A DNA stretch of 64,000 bases from Phoronis australis (Eukaryota > Animalia > Phoronida): contig NMRA01000593.1 in NCBI GenBank assembly GCA_002633005.1, positions 727 to 64,726 on the forward strand. The letters are read 5' to 3'. The stretch's first letter is position 1. Each line of letters begins with the position of its first letter. Below the pieces are notes generated by a model, which worked only from the letters and a program-made list of their open reading frames with translations, ran no database searches and was not told the origin of the DNA. This document shows, piece by piece, positions 53,291 through 64,000 of the stretch. Both the position numbers and the translations under genes were made by a program.

Positions 53291-53525
53291 CTTGAAAATG
53301 ATGCAGTGACATTCAAATATGGAAGATTAAATAAACTTTATGTATGGAGACATAGATACAAAGTGTGAACACGCTTTTAATTAGAAATTTGTGTAAAAAT
53401 CCATTATTTTCTTACTGAGGGAGGCAAAGGTCTTGACGACATGTGTGTATTTCATTTTTTTCCAAAGAACGAGTACGATAGTGATATTTACGTTGCATAG
53501 TGTGCACAACTCATAAAATACATAC

Positions 53526-53832
53526 CGCAAGTTGTTGTTGACGGATTCGTAAAATAACCATCGTCACACTGCAGTTCAACGGATCCCGTCTCAATAACGC
53601 TTTGTTGTAGAGTGAGATTAAATTTTGTAGACAGAGGAAACGCAGTTTCATTTTTGACATCTTCTTGGACCTTGAGCAACACGTCACTTAACTTATCGTC
53701 TGCTGCATTGTAAACTTCGTCTGTATAATTTTCGTCTTTTGGAATGCTCACGGATAACGTGAAACCAATGGTTAACTTGTTTACAGCTGAAGGATCATCT
53801 GTTACCGCCATTCTTTTCACTCGATCGAAAGT
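53526..53832 (-). CDS. Gene A exon, second half of uncharacterised (SEA-like?) domain 1 with RVKR site
   Basis: ttcacag|..|gtatgt, 307 nt, phase 0-1; TFDRVKRMAVTDD..LTIGFTLSVSIP..LQCDDGYF..C. Confidence 0.88.
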
Positions 53833-54337
53833 CTGTGAAAGAAAAGAGGACTGGTCCGACTGAAAGTCATCATAGTTATCAAACCAAATAGGACACTTGC
53901 AAGTTCAGCAACTGAGCCTAGCAAGTGGGACAAAATCTCCATTCTGTCCCATAACGCCGCATTATTTCTGTATCCCTCGACGTGGAAAACCAGTATGAGT
54001 GTTTATAAACCTCAAGTGGATTCCTGCTGTGCAAGAACAGGTTAGCACAACTACGCCAAAGGACAAAACCCAAACCTTATCAGACCAAAAAACGCCGTTG
54101 GTTTTCGTCTCTGGATTTTTGATAAATGAACAAAAATGATGCGGATTGCTTACACAAAGATAGGCAAATCATCTCAAAATGCATTGGTGTAAAAACCAGA
54201 AACAACGTTTTTCCAAATCCAACAGCAACGCATGAAATTGGAAAGCTTGCTCGAAGCGAGATTAGACACGTATTTTCTTGTCCCGTTTCGAGGCCAGTTG
54301 GGTGGTCACGGCAATATCGCTGGAATGAATTGCATAC

Positions 54338-54558
54338 CTGAGCACCACGTCTTCTGCGCAGTGTTCTACCACACGAGACGTCCACGTTCTTGATAGAGCA
54401 GTCATTTCGAGGGTCGGTGCATATGCCTCTTAACGTTGATAGAACGTGTTGAATGAAGTTCGCTTTAATTTCCTGCATGGTGGAGGTTTCTGAACAAGAG
54501 CCATTTGTGCCGTAATAAAGTTTAGCCGGTAGTTGTAGACGGCTAGGTCGCTTCTTTT
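54338..54558 (-). CDS. Gene A exon, first half of uncharacterised domain 1 with RRRR site
   Basis: caacag|..|gtatgc, 221 nt, phase 1-0; EKKRPSRLQLPAKLYYGTNGSC..IKANFI..C..CSIKNVDVSCGRTLRRRRGAQ. Confidence 0.88.
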
Positions 54559-56809
54559 CTGTTGGAAAAAAGTAGTTATTCATTTGGCAATGTGTGGACG
54601 TCATCTATATCCTCAAATGAAACGCAACTGTTATGTGAGAACTACGACACCTGCAATGCCGTAGTAATATGTGGCAAAGGAGGGAGAGCCCACCCCCTTC
54701 CGCACATAAAGAGCACCCTTAGCACGAATGGGGTCCTCCAATACCCTTAAACCAAAAGAAGAAAGAACCTTGGGACTCCGTTTGAGAACGAGACTATTAA
54801 CTGATGAAAGGATATTTAATTCAAGCGGATACAAACTTGCGTTCCGTTCATAGGTCTCAAACTGTTCCTTGCTCAAAAGCGACTTATGGGTTTTCAAAAA
54901 ATGACATTTCGTTATTCCTCGAGACTATCCTCGGCAAAGAAAATCTCACGCCGAGACAAGCCAACTTGTAGAACCTGCTCTTAAGCAATATCGGGTATTA
55001 ACGAACTGTCAGTTTTTTCGAAACCATGAAATCACTTCCGGTTTCACGAAAGTAGATGATCTAAATCAAAAGTTACTTTTTGTCATGGAAGGCGGTTTTT
55101 TGAACTCAGAAACTGGGAAAATCCGAGAGGGGGAGCTAATGATAGAGGGTATGCCGTTATCAAAGCAGAAAAGGAGCGGAAGTCGATAGAAAAATTACGT
55201 ATTTCAAAAAGGACCACAGCTGATTCCATCATCCTTTTCCAGATAGGTGTCCCTGAACGAACGGAATGTCTGCCTTTCTGATGATGATCAGCATAAGGCA
55301 TTCTGCGTCTGTGCAGCTTGATCGTGAATATTAAATAATATTATTAGTGAATGATTTAACGTAACTAGACTTTTTTGATATCGTCAAGGGAAGTGACTCG
55401 ACAAGTAACCAGGCGATGCCTGGATACACTGAGTACAGAATTGAGCTAATGCGTTCACATGTAAAACGACATTGGATGACATTGAACTATTGACGTAACT
55501 TCATTTTTAGTGCTGAGATTGTTCGCATAACCATATATCATAGACAACAGATTCGCAATTCCAACGTTCTTTTACGAGTATTTTAGAAGAGGCTCTACTC
55601 TCCTAATCTAACAATTTCAGCTTCCAGTTAGTGTATCGTGACGGGAAATTCTCGCATCTATTTCGGTATCGAAACGCTGTACAAAGTCTTACAATTATAG
55701 AACTATTGGTATCGTGAGTACTTTTGGCAAAGATACTACCCGACAACGCAACAGCCGACCATGCTTAGCAGACGACGTACTTGCTGGAAGTAAAACTGGT
55801 TAATTTTGCCAAGTGTCGCTAGTAAATAGTGACGCCAGGGCTTCTGCGTAAGATAACAGTTTTCGTCCATTGAAAATATGCGGAGTTGGTGGTACATGTA
55901 CTATAGCCTATGGTATGACGTATGACTTTGCATCCAACTTTTCATACAACTCTTAGACTGATGTTTAGACAGTTTTAACCTTTTGAGTACGGCTTCGGGT
56001 ACGACTTTGGTTAAAAATGCGTGTCGAAACATCAGTCGATAAGTTGTTTACAAAGTGGTTTACAAAAAGTCAGAGTGAGAAGATAGGACTAAAGAGAGGG
56101 AATTTCACCAGTTTGTTGTATTCAATACCACAGACAACCCAGATCGCGCACAAAAACTAAATTTGTATCAAATGTGGGAAGCATTCGTTTTGTTTAAGAG
56201 TTTAATAATTTCATCCACGCTGATTGACTTCAATATGTGATAGCACTATCACTTAATGATTAATTTCGGATTTTATGACTTAATGATCAAGTGACCTCAG
56301 TCATATACATGTAGCCAGTCATAAAACTTTCAAAATGGAGAACGGTAAATCATTTCTGCAATCTTGTAAAGTGAGAGTTTACATCACATTGTCAAGTATC
56401 ATGTATTTCTGCTCCATGTTCTGCGGATAGGACTGGTTGAGAAAAGATAAAGCAGCAGCCATACATGTACAGCTGCGACGACGCTTGAATTCGATTGGCC
56501 TCGTACTGTACCTGTCCATAGTGCCATCAATACAATACTGTGTTAAAAAGGCTTTGTCTTACGCTTTCGCCTCTTGATAAACCATTCCAACATTTTCGTC
56601 TCATGGGTCTACGCCTAACTTGATCATAGAACATCGACATATGTCCACGACCCTACGTCATAGGTGATTATGTTTTAAAAAATTCCTATTCGTGTTGGCC
56701 TAATGATTACCATCTTATCGGAAAATGAATATCAATCGAATTGAAAATAGCGAATGGTCAGATGGCTTAGGGACATGTTCTTGAATAAAAACTCAAAAAG
56801 TATACTTGC

Positions 56810-56995
56810 CAATGCAGTCCGGAACTACAGTTGAAGACCAAATGCCACTACTGCAGAAGAAATTTCCAGTAGTTGTAACAGATCTCGGAATATCAAACCC
56901 AGTTCGGCAATGCATCGAGCATTGACGGAATGTGCTAATGTCGATACACGAGATGGAGCCGTTTGCAGGAGGATCTAAGTTGCCACAGGAAGCAG
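56810..56995 (-). CDS. Gene A exon, CCP/Sushi domain with GC donor (not in ORF track)
   Basis: ttcgtag|..|gcaagt, 186 nt, phase 1-1; ASCGNLDPPANGSISC..CSMHCRTGFDIP..FFCSSGIWSSTVVPDCI. Confidence 0.88.
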
Positions 56996-58124
56996 CTACG
57001 AAAGATAAAGTAAAACATTTTTATTTTTATAAAATACAATTCGGAAAAGAGGCAATTTATGCCCAAATAGAAAACTCCGACTGTACTCTTAAGCACATGA
57101 CGCATCGCAATGACCAGGAAAAATAATGAATATAGAATGGCCATTACATGACATCTGGCGACGCTTCGAATTGTGTAGCACCGGAGACACTACATAAAGT
57201 AGTTTGTTCGGCCTCTCGGTTTCGTACATGAAAGCTAATACATAGAAATCTGTTGAAAGCAGTCTTGTTGGTAAACGCTTTGAACTTTAAAAAGGTTTTA
57301 ACAAGTCAATTAATGACAAATAGCCGCCCGACCCACAACAAATTGCAACAAAAGGTTTTACAGTGGTTTTATGCTTTACTGTGTATACTTATTAACAGGA
57401 AAAAGGTCTACCAAAATCTGACCACTGGGAATGCTTTAAAACTGTGTCATTTCCAAGATTGCCGCCACGACGTTTCAAAACCACTAAAACAGCTATAACT
57501 TATTCAATAATTGTGATAGAGACATAATTTTTGCTTCCATCTTATTGTTTTAATGGGTGAGAAACTCATTTGTGTGGTTAAAATTCAGATTTGACCAGTA
57601 TTTGATATCAGTGAAATTCAAGATGTCGACTAAAGGTGAAGAACGAAAAATCATTGATTTATCCATTATTTTTAAAAAATCTCAACCTCTATAACAAAAG
57701 TATGATTACCATTAGATGTGACTGCTTTCTGATAAAATGATATTAAAACATTTAGATGTAACTGAATTCTGACTGAAGTATTTTAACATATGAGCAATGC
57801 ATTTGTATTTAAGCTGTCAAATATTTAATCTAATAAATTGGCTTGACATAAACGTCACAAAAATGGTCTAGTGTATATTTGCTTGCCACTGGTTTTTATT
57901 TAAAAAATTCGCAAAGGAAACTAAGAGCCCATGTCAATAGGCCAACATCAGTTTGAAGTGCCCCACAGAGGACACTCTAACACAGGGTTCACAGCCTCGC
58001 TTTGACATATCACTTAAGGAGCAGACGACAAGACAGCAAACAGGACTCGGTTTGTAATTTTCACCAAAAAAAAATTGAATTTCAACAAACACTCTTACTG
58101 TGACTCCCATATACATTTTTAAGA

Positions 58125-58433
58125 ATGAGAGCTTGTGATATTTATGAAGATATCTGTCCAATTTGCAAGGACAGGCTTGAAAATACATGTAAAAGTGACT
58201 TTGTGGAAGTTCGTCAGAAGGGCACTGACGGCATCAATGCAGCCAGTGTTCAGAGAGGCGACAAAATTGACGTGACAGTTGGATGCAAGGTACACACAGA
58301 CTGTCGTAAACGATACATTAGTCAACAACAGAAACAAGTGCCATCCCAACCATCCAAGAAGCGAAGCTCACGCGAATCGGACGTTCAGTTAGACCACCTC
58401 GCGCATTGTTATAGTAACTTCTATCTGTTCTAG
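58125..58433 (+). mobile_element. Remnant of a DNA-transposon protein N-terminus (Academ-like, tentative)
   Basis: CPIC..KG..GINAASVQRGD..G..VH.DCRKRY pattern recalled from invertebrate transposon proteins; intronic, antisense to gene A, truncated. Confidence 0.4.
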
Positions 58434-58829
58434 AATTAGGTGTCTCTCTTACTAAAACAGAAAACCACCAAGACAACGCGCTTGCTAAGTTAACGCATAT
58501 TCTTCAAAACCTAAAACTAGCTGTCTTATCTATGTGATATCCGGTCAAGATGTCTCCACTATGCGCTATTTTCAAGCAAAAAAGCATCACATTATTTTAT
58601 GATATCGGGCATCAGAAGCAATATCAAACGACCATAATTGTTTCTGATTACTCTGCAACCCTTAATCGTCTGTATTCCGAACTATTTTCAGCAGACTCGC
58701 GATTTTTTTTTTTTTTGCGCCAGGTTGTTTGGTTGATCTTGATTACCCAACTTCTGGTTGGTCCGCTTTTTCCACCTGATGACTGAGGCTCTGCGCGCTC
58801 TAGTGGCCAAATTGTGGCAAATGAGGTAC

Positions 58830-58875
58830 TTTTTGCGCAGGCTTTTGCGCAGGCTTTTGCGCAGGCTTTTGCGCA
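58830..58875. repeat. 12-bp tandem repeat (gcttttgcgcag), about 4 copies
   Basis: Read directly. Confidence 0.9.
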
Positions 58876-59212
58876 CAATATGAATAAGATAATACACGCT
58901 AATGTTGACTTGCGTAGTAAATGTATAGAGGCAGGCGCTGGTCTTCTGCATTCACTTACATGTACGAATAAGCTTTTATCTTACCAATTTAACTTTTATA
59001 ATCATAACTTGCTTGGTACTGCAACTAAGTCAATCCGTTTTATTTATTTAATGTCTTTACGTAATACAAATTCAGGAGAACTACGTTCTACAGTGAAAAA
59101 TATATTATTACAAGCTAAAACCATGTAAAAGTATTTTCGCGTTAAACATTGTACTAACAAGAACTTTAATTTGACTAAGCTGCTACACTGCATGTGAAAT
59201 GAAGGCACAAAC

Positions 59213-59461
59213 CGTCGATGCTGATGGTGTATGCGCATATGGTTTGAGTGCCAAGCTCTACGTCAGTTCCCGTGCACGTGATTCTATGTTCACCAACCCC
59301 CAAGGTCGCTGTGTCTGCCCTGTAATATGGACAAACGGTTTCGATGGCACCCCCTCTGACGCTGATAAACGTAGGCTTAGGTATCACCACTTCAAGGCGT
59401 AGACTCGTTGTTGTAATGTTTATCCCACCGGAACAGTTGGTCATTTTGGGAGGCTGGTCCA
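59213..59461 (-). CDS. Gene A exon, HYR domain
   Basis: tctcag|..|gtttgt, 249 nt, phase 1-1; VDQPPKMTNCSGGI..PKPTF..LGVGEHRITCTGTD..CAYTISID. Confidence 0.9.
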
Positions 59462-61549
59462 CTGAGAAGTAAAATGCGCGTCATATTAAGATATAACACC
59501 ATGACAAACAAAAACGAGTCGACAAGTACATGTATTAGTTGCAAGTAACCTGTACCACATTGTCTGTTTTATTGTTTAATGAACACTCGCTCAAACTGTA
59601 TACTCGTCAATGCCCCATATATTATGGAACACCAAGTGTTCTTTTGAGATTGCGTGCATTGCACTCGTTCATACAAGTGGATCATAAGAGAACATTGCAC
59701 TGGTTGATGCGAATGTAATGTACTCGTGAATCCCAAAGTTGCTGATTTCATAGTAAAACAGTTCTTTGCACTCGTTTCGTGCGCCATTGGCATCATACGA
59801 GTATGCTCTGTGGCTTCCTTTGACGAATGCCATTCTTCAGCGACGATTGCCAGATTACATTTGCATGAACTCAGAGAGTGCAATGCACGGGTCATGAACA
59901 ATGCATGCCTCAAGTTCTCAACAGAACACGTTGGCGTTCCATACCAAAGAACAGGTCCAAAGCAAATGTCCAAGAAACATTACTGTAAGCATAAATGGAT
60001 TATATGTTGACGCTGGTGACTTCGAAGAAGTGTCCATTAAACATGTAAACAAACAACAGTGTCGTTTTTCCAATTAATTTAATATAAATATTCCCTACTT
60101 CATGCAAAACAACTAGACGTTTGGATTTACTCTTAATCCACAAACAAGTTCCAAAATTCTCTAAAATGGGACAACAGCAACGAGGAGCGTTGAAAAGCGC
60201 CAACAATTAAACCGGAAACGGTGTACATTTACGGGTATTTGTTAGTATCATGAAAATGACCGTTAGGTGACGCAAAATACGTCGAATCTGTACGAAATCA
60301 AAATGGCGTCGTCGTCACTAACACAAAGCTATTGGCAAAATTTCATTAAAACGCGTCAGTACGAACACATATGCCAATTTTCAAAAAACGCCTTGTTCGG
60401 TTTGACAGACACAGAAGCAGACATAAAGCAGGTTTAAAATAATAAAAACGGTCATTAGGTATTGCAAAATACGTTGAATACATCCCAAAATGGAAGGATG
60501 CTGTAGTCTTCATAACAGAAACTTTGCGAAAAATGATCAAAGGGATCTGAAGATACCTAGGCAAATGAAAACATTGAAACCGTTACAAGAGAGCACAGCT
60601 ATAGTCAGAGTTGTTCATTGCCACATTTATAAGAAAACATCTGAAAAATGTCACCAAGCTCTTGCAAAGTGATTGAGAGCTACAGGCATAGCCGCAAAAA
60701 AAGACAAAATCGACACTAGGCAGCGCCATAGTTATGAGATACGTCCCAAAGTCAACGTCAATCATGGTTTTCTTATCAGTAACACCATTCCTAAGTTTAA
60801 TAATTATCATTTGAGTGCTTTGACGTCTTTACGAGGCAGACGCCAGAATCAAAAATGGCCAATGGTGACACAGAGTTCGTCGAATCTGTTGTTTTTTTAA
60901 TAAAAACCTATTTGCTAGAGTTCACGAAAGTACATCACTTAACTCCAAAGAAACAGAGACAAATGTAAGAAGATAACACATCTGCCAAAGTTCACGAGGA
61001 ACCTGCAAAGGGTCACGCAGATACAACCAAGGACGAAAAAATTAACACAAGGGGTACCAGAGGAATCGAACCCGTTCGAAAACAGAAGCTGCAATCTTGT
61101 TGTCCGGAACACATCTGCCAATGTTCATAATGATCATTTGATTGGTTCAGTGGATAGAGAGGCGGACGTCAAAAACACACTCAAACATTTTCAAAATTAA
61201 CATTAGGTGGCGCAGAATACGTCAAATTCGAAAAACAGGGAGAACACGTCGTCGCCTCCTTAATAGAAACCCGTTCGCCAAATTTGATGAAAATTCATCC
61301 AGGAAGACCAAAGAAAAAAATAAATTTACCACTGAGAACGTAGTTTGGTGGCTCCGAAATTCGTCGTCGTCTGTTGTCAGGTTCATAGTTACGCATCTGC
61401 TAAATTTCATTAATAACCTGCAAAGAGTTTAGGATATACATGTATAGTAGCGGCAGCCAGTATAACAGACACCCAGACAGAGATAACGGCAATATGCACC
61501 CTCACATATGCATATGTGAGCACATAAGAATGGTTTCAAATCTGCTTAC

Positions 61550-61744
61550 CCCAACATTCCGGAGGATTTGGACCTCCCACCCAAGTTCCAGTGACTGCAC
61601 AGGTATACCTAGCCTTGAGCCGCTGTGTCTTAGGTATTTTGTACCCTCGGATACACGAGTAAGTGCAAACACTGCATTAGGTGTCACCAGTGCAGTTGGC
61701 ATGTCCGTTTGCGATGTGAGGAAGGCTTCCGTTGCACTTTAAAA
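61550..61744 (-). pseudogene. Gene A CCP exon carrying an in-frame TAA (61677-61679)
   Basis: tggcag|..|gtaagc, 195 nt, phase 1-1; LKCNGSLPHIANGHANCTGDT*CSVCTYSCIRGY..YTC..GTW..PNPPECW; paralog 6205-6402 has Tyr at the stop position. Confidence 0.8.
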
Positions 61745-64000
61745 CTGCCAACAGAGGACGGGTTTTCTTATGCAATTTATCTTTGAGTCAGTCACAATTT
61801 AATCGACAAGATGTGCTCGTGAAACAACAGATATGAATGTGTCTTCTGGCTGGCTAAAACGTTGTGTAATAACTGTTGGGCACCGGCTTGCCGTGAAATT
61901 TGCAAAGGACACCAATTCGTCCACAATCTTGAATAGTAGATAAGTTAAAGTAAACAACAAATTAAGGTGCGTTTCAACTGTAAGAGGACAGAAACTAAAG
62001 ACAAGATATAAGATGTTCTATTGCAATTTTCATATTACTAAAATATCAAGGTTGTCGCGCGCCCTTTTTTCTTTTTGACAACTGCGTAGGCTCAACATCG
62101 TAGAGCATTTGAAAATGGTGATATGAGTAAAAATTCAGCAATTTGCGAGGGTCAGTCAGTTTTTATGGAGTCTTCCCCTTTACCACCATTCATGGTGTCA
62201 GTCATGAAGAGAAAATTCTTCAAATCGACTATACTTTGTTGCAAAGGAAGCTTTTAAATCTTGACGGTATTGATTTTTTTTCAAATTTTTATACCTAAAT
62301 TATTACCATTACGGACAACGCAGGATTGGCCGATCAGGAAAGCCGGTGATTCAGATTTAACTTTAAGTTTCTGTGTCCAGACAAACTCGCAATATTCACG
62401 TACATGTGGTATAAATTTATTATCAAACGATGTTTCTACAATTTAATAGCTATTTTCAAGAGAAATCTGCAGTTTATTGCTGGTTTCCTGTAGAGGACAA
62501 AGTAATATTCGGTGTGTTTACTCTACCTAGTTCTACCACACTAGTGTGCATGTGCTGCGCATAGACTCTATTCACGCGGTGGACATTAAAATCCAAAGCG
62601 AGGCTCACTGCGATAAATAAAGCGAAAGTAGACATTGCGTGAGTTAAATAGCCGGTCTTTCGAATCCAACCTGGATACTGAATTTCAATAATGTGTCAAC
62701 AATTAAACCACACAGACGTAGAAAATTACATTAGAGAACATGTTAAGGCGTCAAAGAGTTGTCTGACGAAAGGGTTTAATTTTTTTTCGGAAAACTAGGT
62801 TCGAAACATGAAAAGTAAATATGACCAAATTGCGGCGATCGTAGTGTTACGGATTAGGTTTTATGCTGAATGCAGGGTTACGTTTTTTCTTGTAAATTGT
62901 TGATCAAAATACTTTCTACGCGGACCAGGTCATCTGCTCGTATTGTTGACGAGTTGAAGACATATTCGACAGTGGTGGCTGTCATGTGCAATTAGTCACA
63001 TCTAGTTTAATTTGTTGATCAAAAATATTAAAATCAAGCATAGCCTGATCCTATGCACTCCCTGGGACTAACAGTTGATTTGTCATTGATGTGAAAGAAT
63101 AATTGATGTTATTAAATATATTTTTATTAAATTAATAAACCGGACTCGTAATTGAAAATAAAAATTATTTGACCATCAATTCTGCTTTCTTGGTTGTAAT
63201 AATTCCTACGTCTGTTTCATGTGTTAGATTTCAAGTATCAATTTGGACCAAGCTGAATTTTAAAATTAAAACACCTAATTCGTTCGTCCAAAACGTAACC
63301 TCGTTTTAGAACTCAATTTCAGTTAACTGGACAATGAAATCATAGTTATCATGTTTCTGCAGGAACTTCGTTCATCCGAGGGGAAAGGTGCCAGGGCCAG
63401 ATCTTGTAGCGTTCATCCTTGTGAGTACTTTGGGGGGGCAACCTAGTTTTTTCTATGTGGCTAGATAATATACCTATAAATCAAATTCCAAAAAGTTCCC
63501 ACGTCTACACTTGCACATTTTTTTAAAAAAAGGTGTTTTTGTTGCACAAAATATGATGCACATTCCTGCCACTTGATGGCGCTTTTCTATTGAATTGACC
63601 AATCAGAGAGCCAGATTGTATTGTTGTGCTTAGTTACTTCAATATGGCTGCTCCCATGGAGTGTGATGCCTGTATAATTCAAGGTTTATCAAACAGCACA
63701 AAATTGTGATGTCAGTGCCTAAAGAAGCTTAGGAAAGCTTCCTGACGAAATCTGATTGACTGTGGAACTCTGTAGATCAGTAGATCAAAAAACAGAAGAG
63801 GTGTCACAAACGTTTGTGCAGAAAACTGCTGCATGTCCTGGTAGCCTACACAGTATACTGCTGAGTGCTGTAGACTAGAAGACCAAGTGTTAGACCAGAA
63901 AATTGAAAGGACATAGAACGGCATAGCAACGTTTCAAGGCACCAACAGTAGTACTAAAGCTGAAGTTGCTGAAAGTGATACAGATGTTATCCAAGATTTC

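Larger units (their letters stand above)
36434..61744 (-). other. Gene A (3' portion; 5' end presumably beyond the window): single-pass CCP/HYR/EGF/TSP1/GCC2-3 mosaic receptor, SVEP1/Uninflatable-like architecture; possibly disrupted
   Basis: 22 exons with AG/GT boundaries (one GC) that chain in frame except at one ambiguous junction, ending in TM, tail, stop at 36956 and AATAAA at 36434-36439. Confidence 0.85.

Noticed and set aside
58648-59128. CAKA/RKSL/FAQA repeat peptides
   Set aside because: Artefacts of a 12-bp tandem repeat
59569-61230. Overlapping ORFs and recurring ttaggt..cgcaaaatacgtcgaat-like motifs
   Set aside because: Likely sub-repeats of an old transposon; no family or boundaries could be supported
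1-64000. Reading the ORF track as prokaryotic genes or operons
   Set aside because: Meaningful ORFs are domain-sized pieces bounded by splice signals; the rest lack motifs
61745-64000. Expected upstream HYR exon of gene A
   Set aside because: None found; presumably lies beyond the window edge

Overview
Intron-rich animal DNA, probably from a marine invertebrate. It is not prokaryotic, and most short ORFs in the track are noise or exon read-throughs. The window holds two head-to-tail paralogous multi-exon genes on the minus strand that encode very large extracellular mosaic proteins related in architecture to SVEP1/Polydom and Uninflatable. Gene A (3' half, 61744 to ~36430) reads CCP-HYR-CCP-[polybasic-site domain]-GCC2/3-EGF-EGF-TSP1x3-4-EGF-EGF-TSP1-CCP-[polybasic-site domain]-GCC2/3x2-Ser/Thr stalk-TM-short tail. 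Gene B (5' half, 26020 to <1341) reads signal peptide-(HYR-like)-CCP-CCP-HYR-CCP-HYR-CCP-HYR-CCP. The last three exons of B align with the first three of A, so a full-length family architecture can be pieced together. Between the genes, the junction (A 3'UTR + spacer + B exon 1 + start of intron 1) is present twice. This leaves a 'ghost' unit with an ATG>ACG copy of the signal-peptide exon and a 3'UTR copy but no internal exons. Gene A has an in-frame stop in one cassette exon, a GC-AG intron and one ambiguous junction. A 1.4 kb TSP1-exon duplication joined by a single N is probably an assembly artefact. Introns carry a 5'-truncated CR1/L2-group LINE with a 12-bp TSD, Kolobok-like and ISL2EU-like non-autonomous DNA transposons, several MITEs and simple repeats. 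Exon boundaries and translations were worked out by hand, and no database search was possible.
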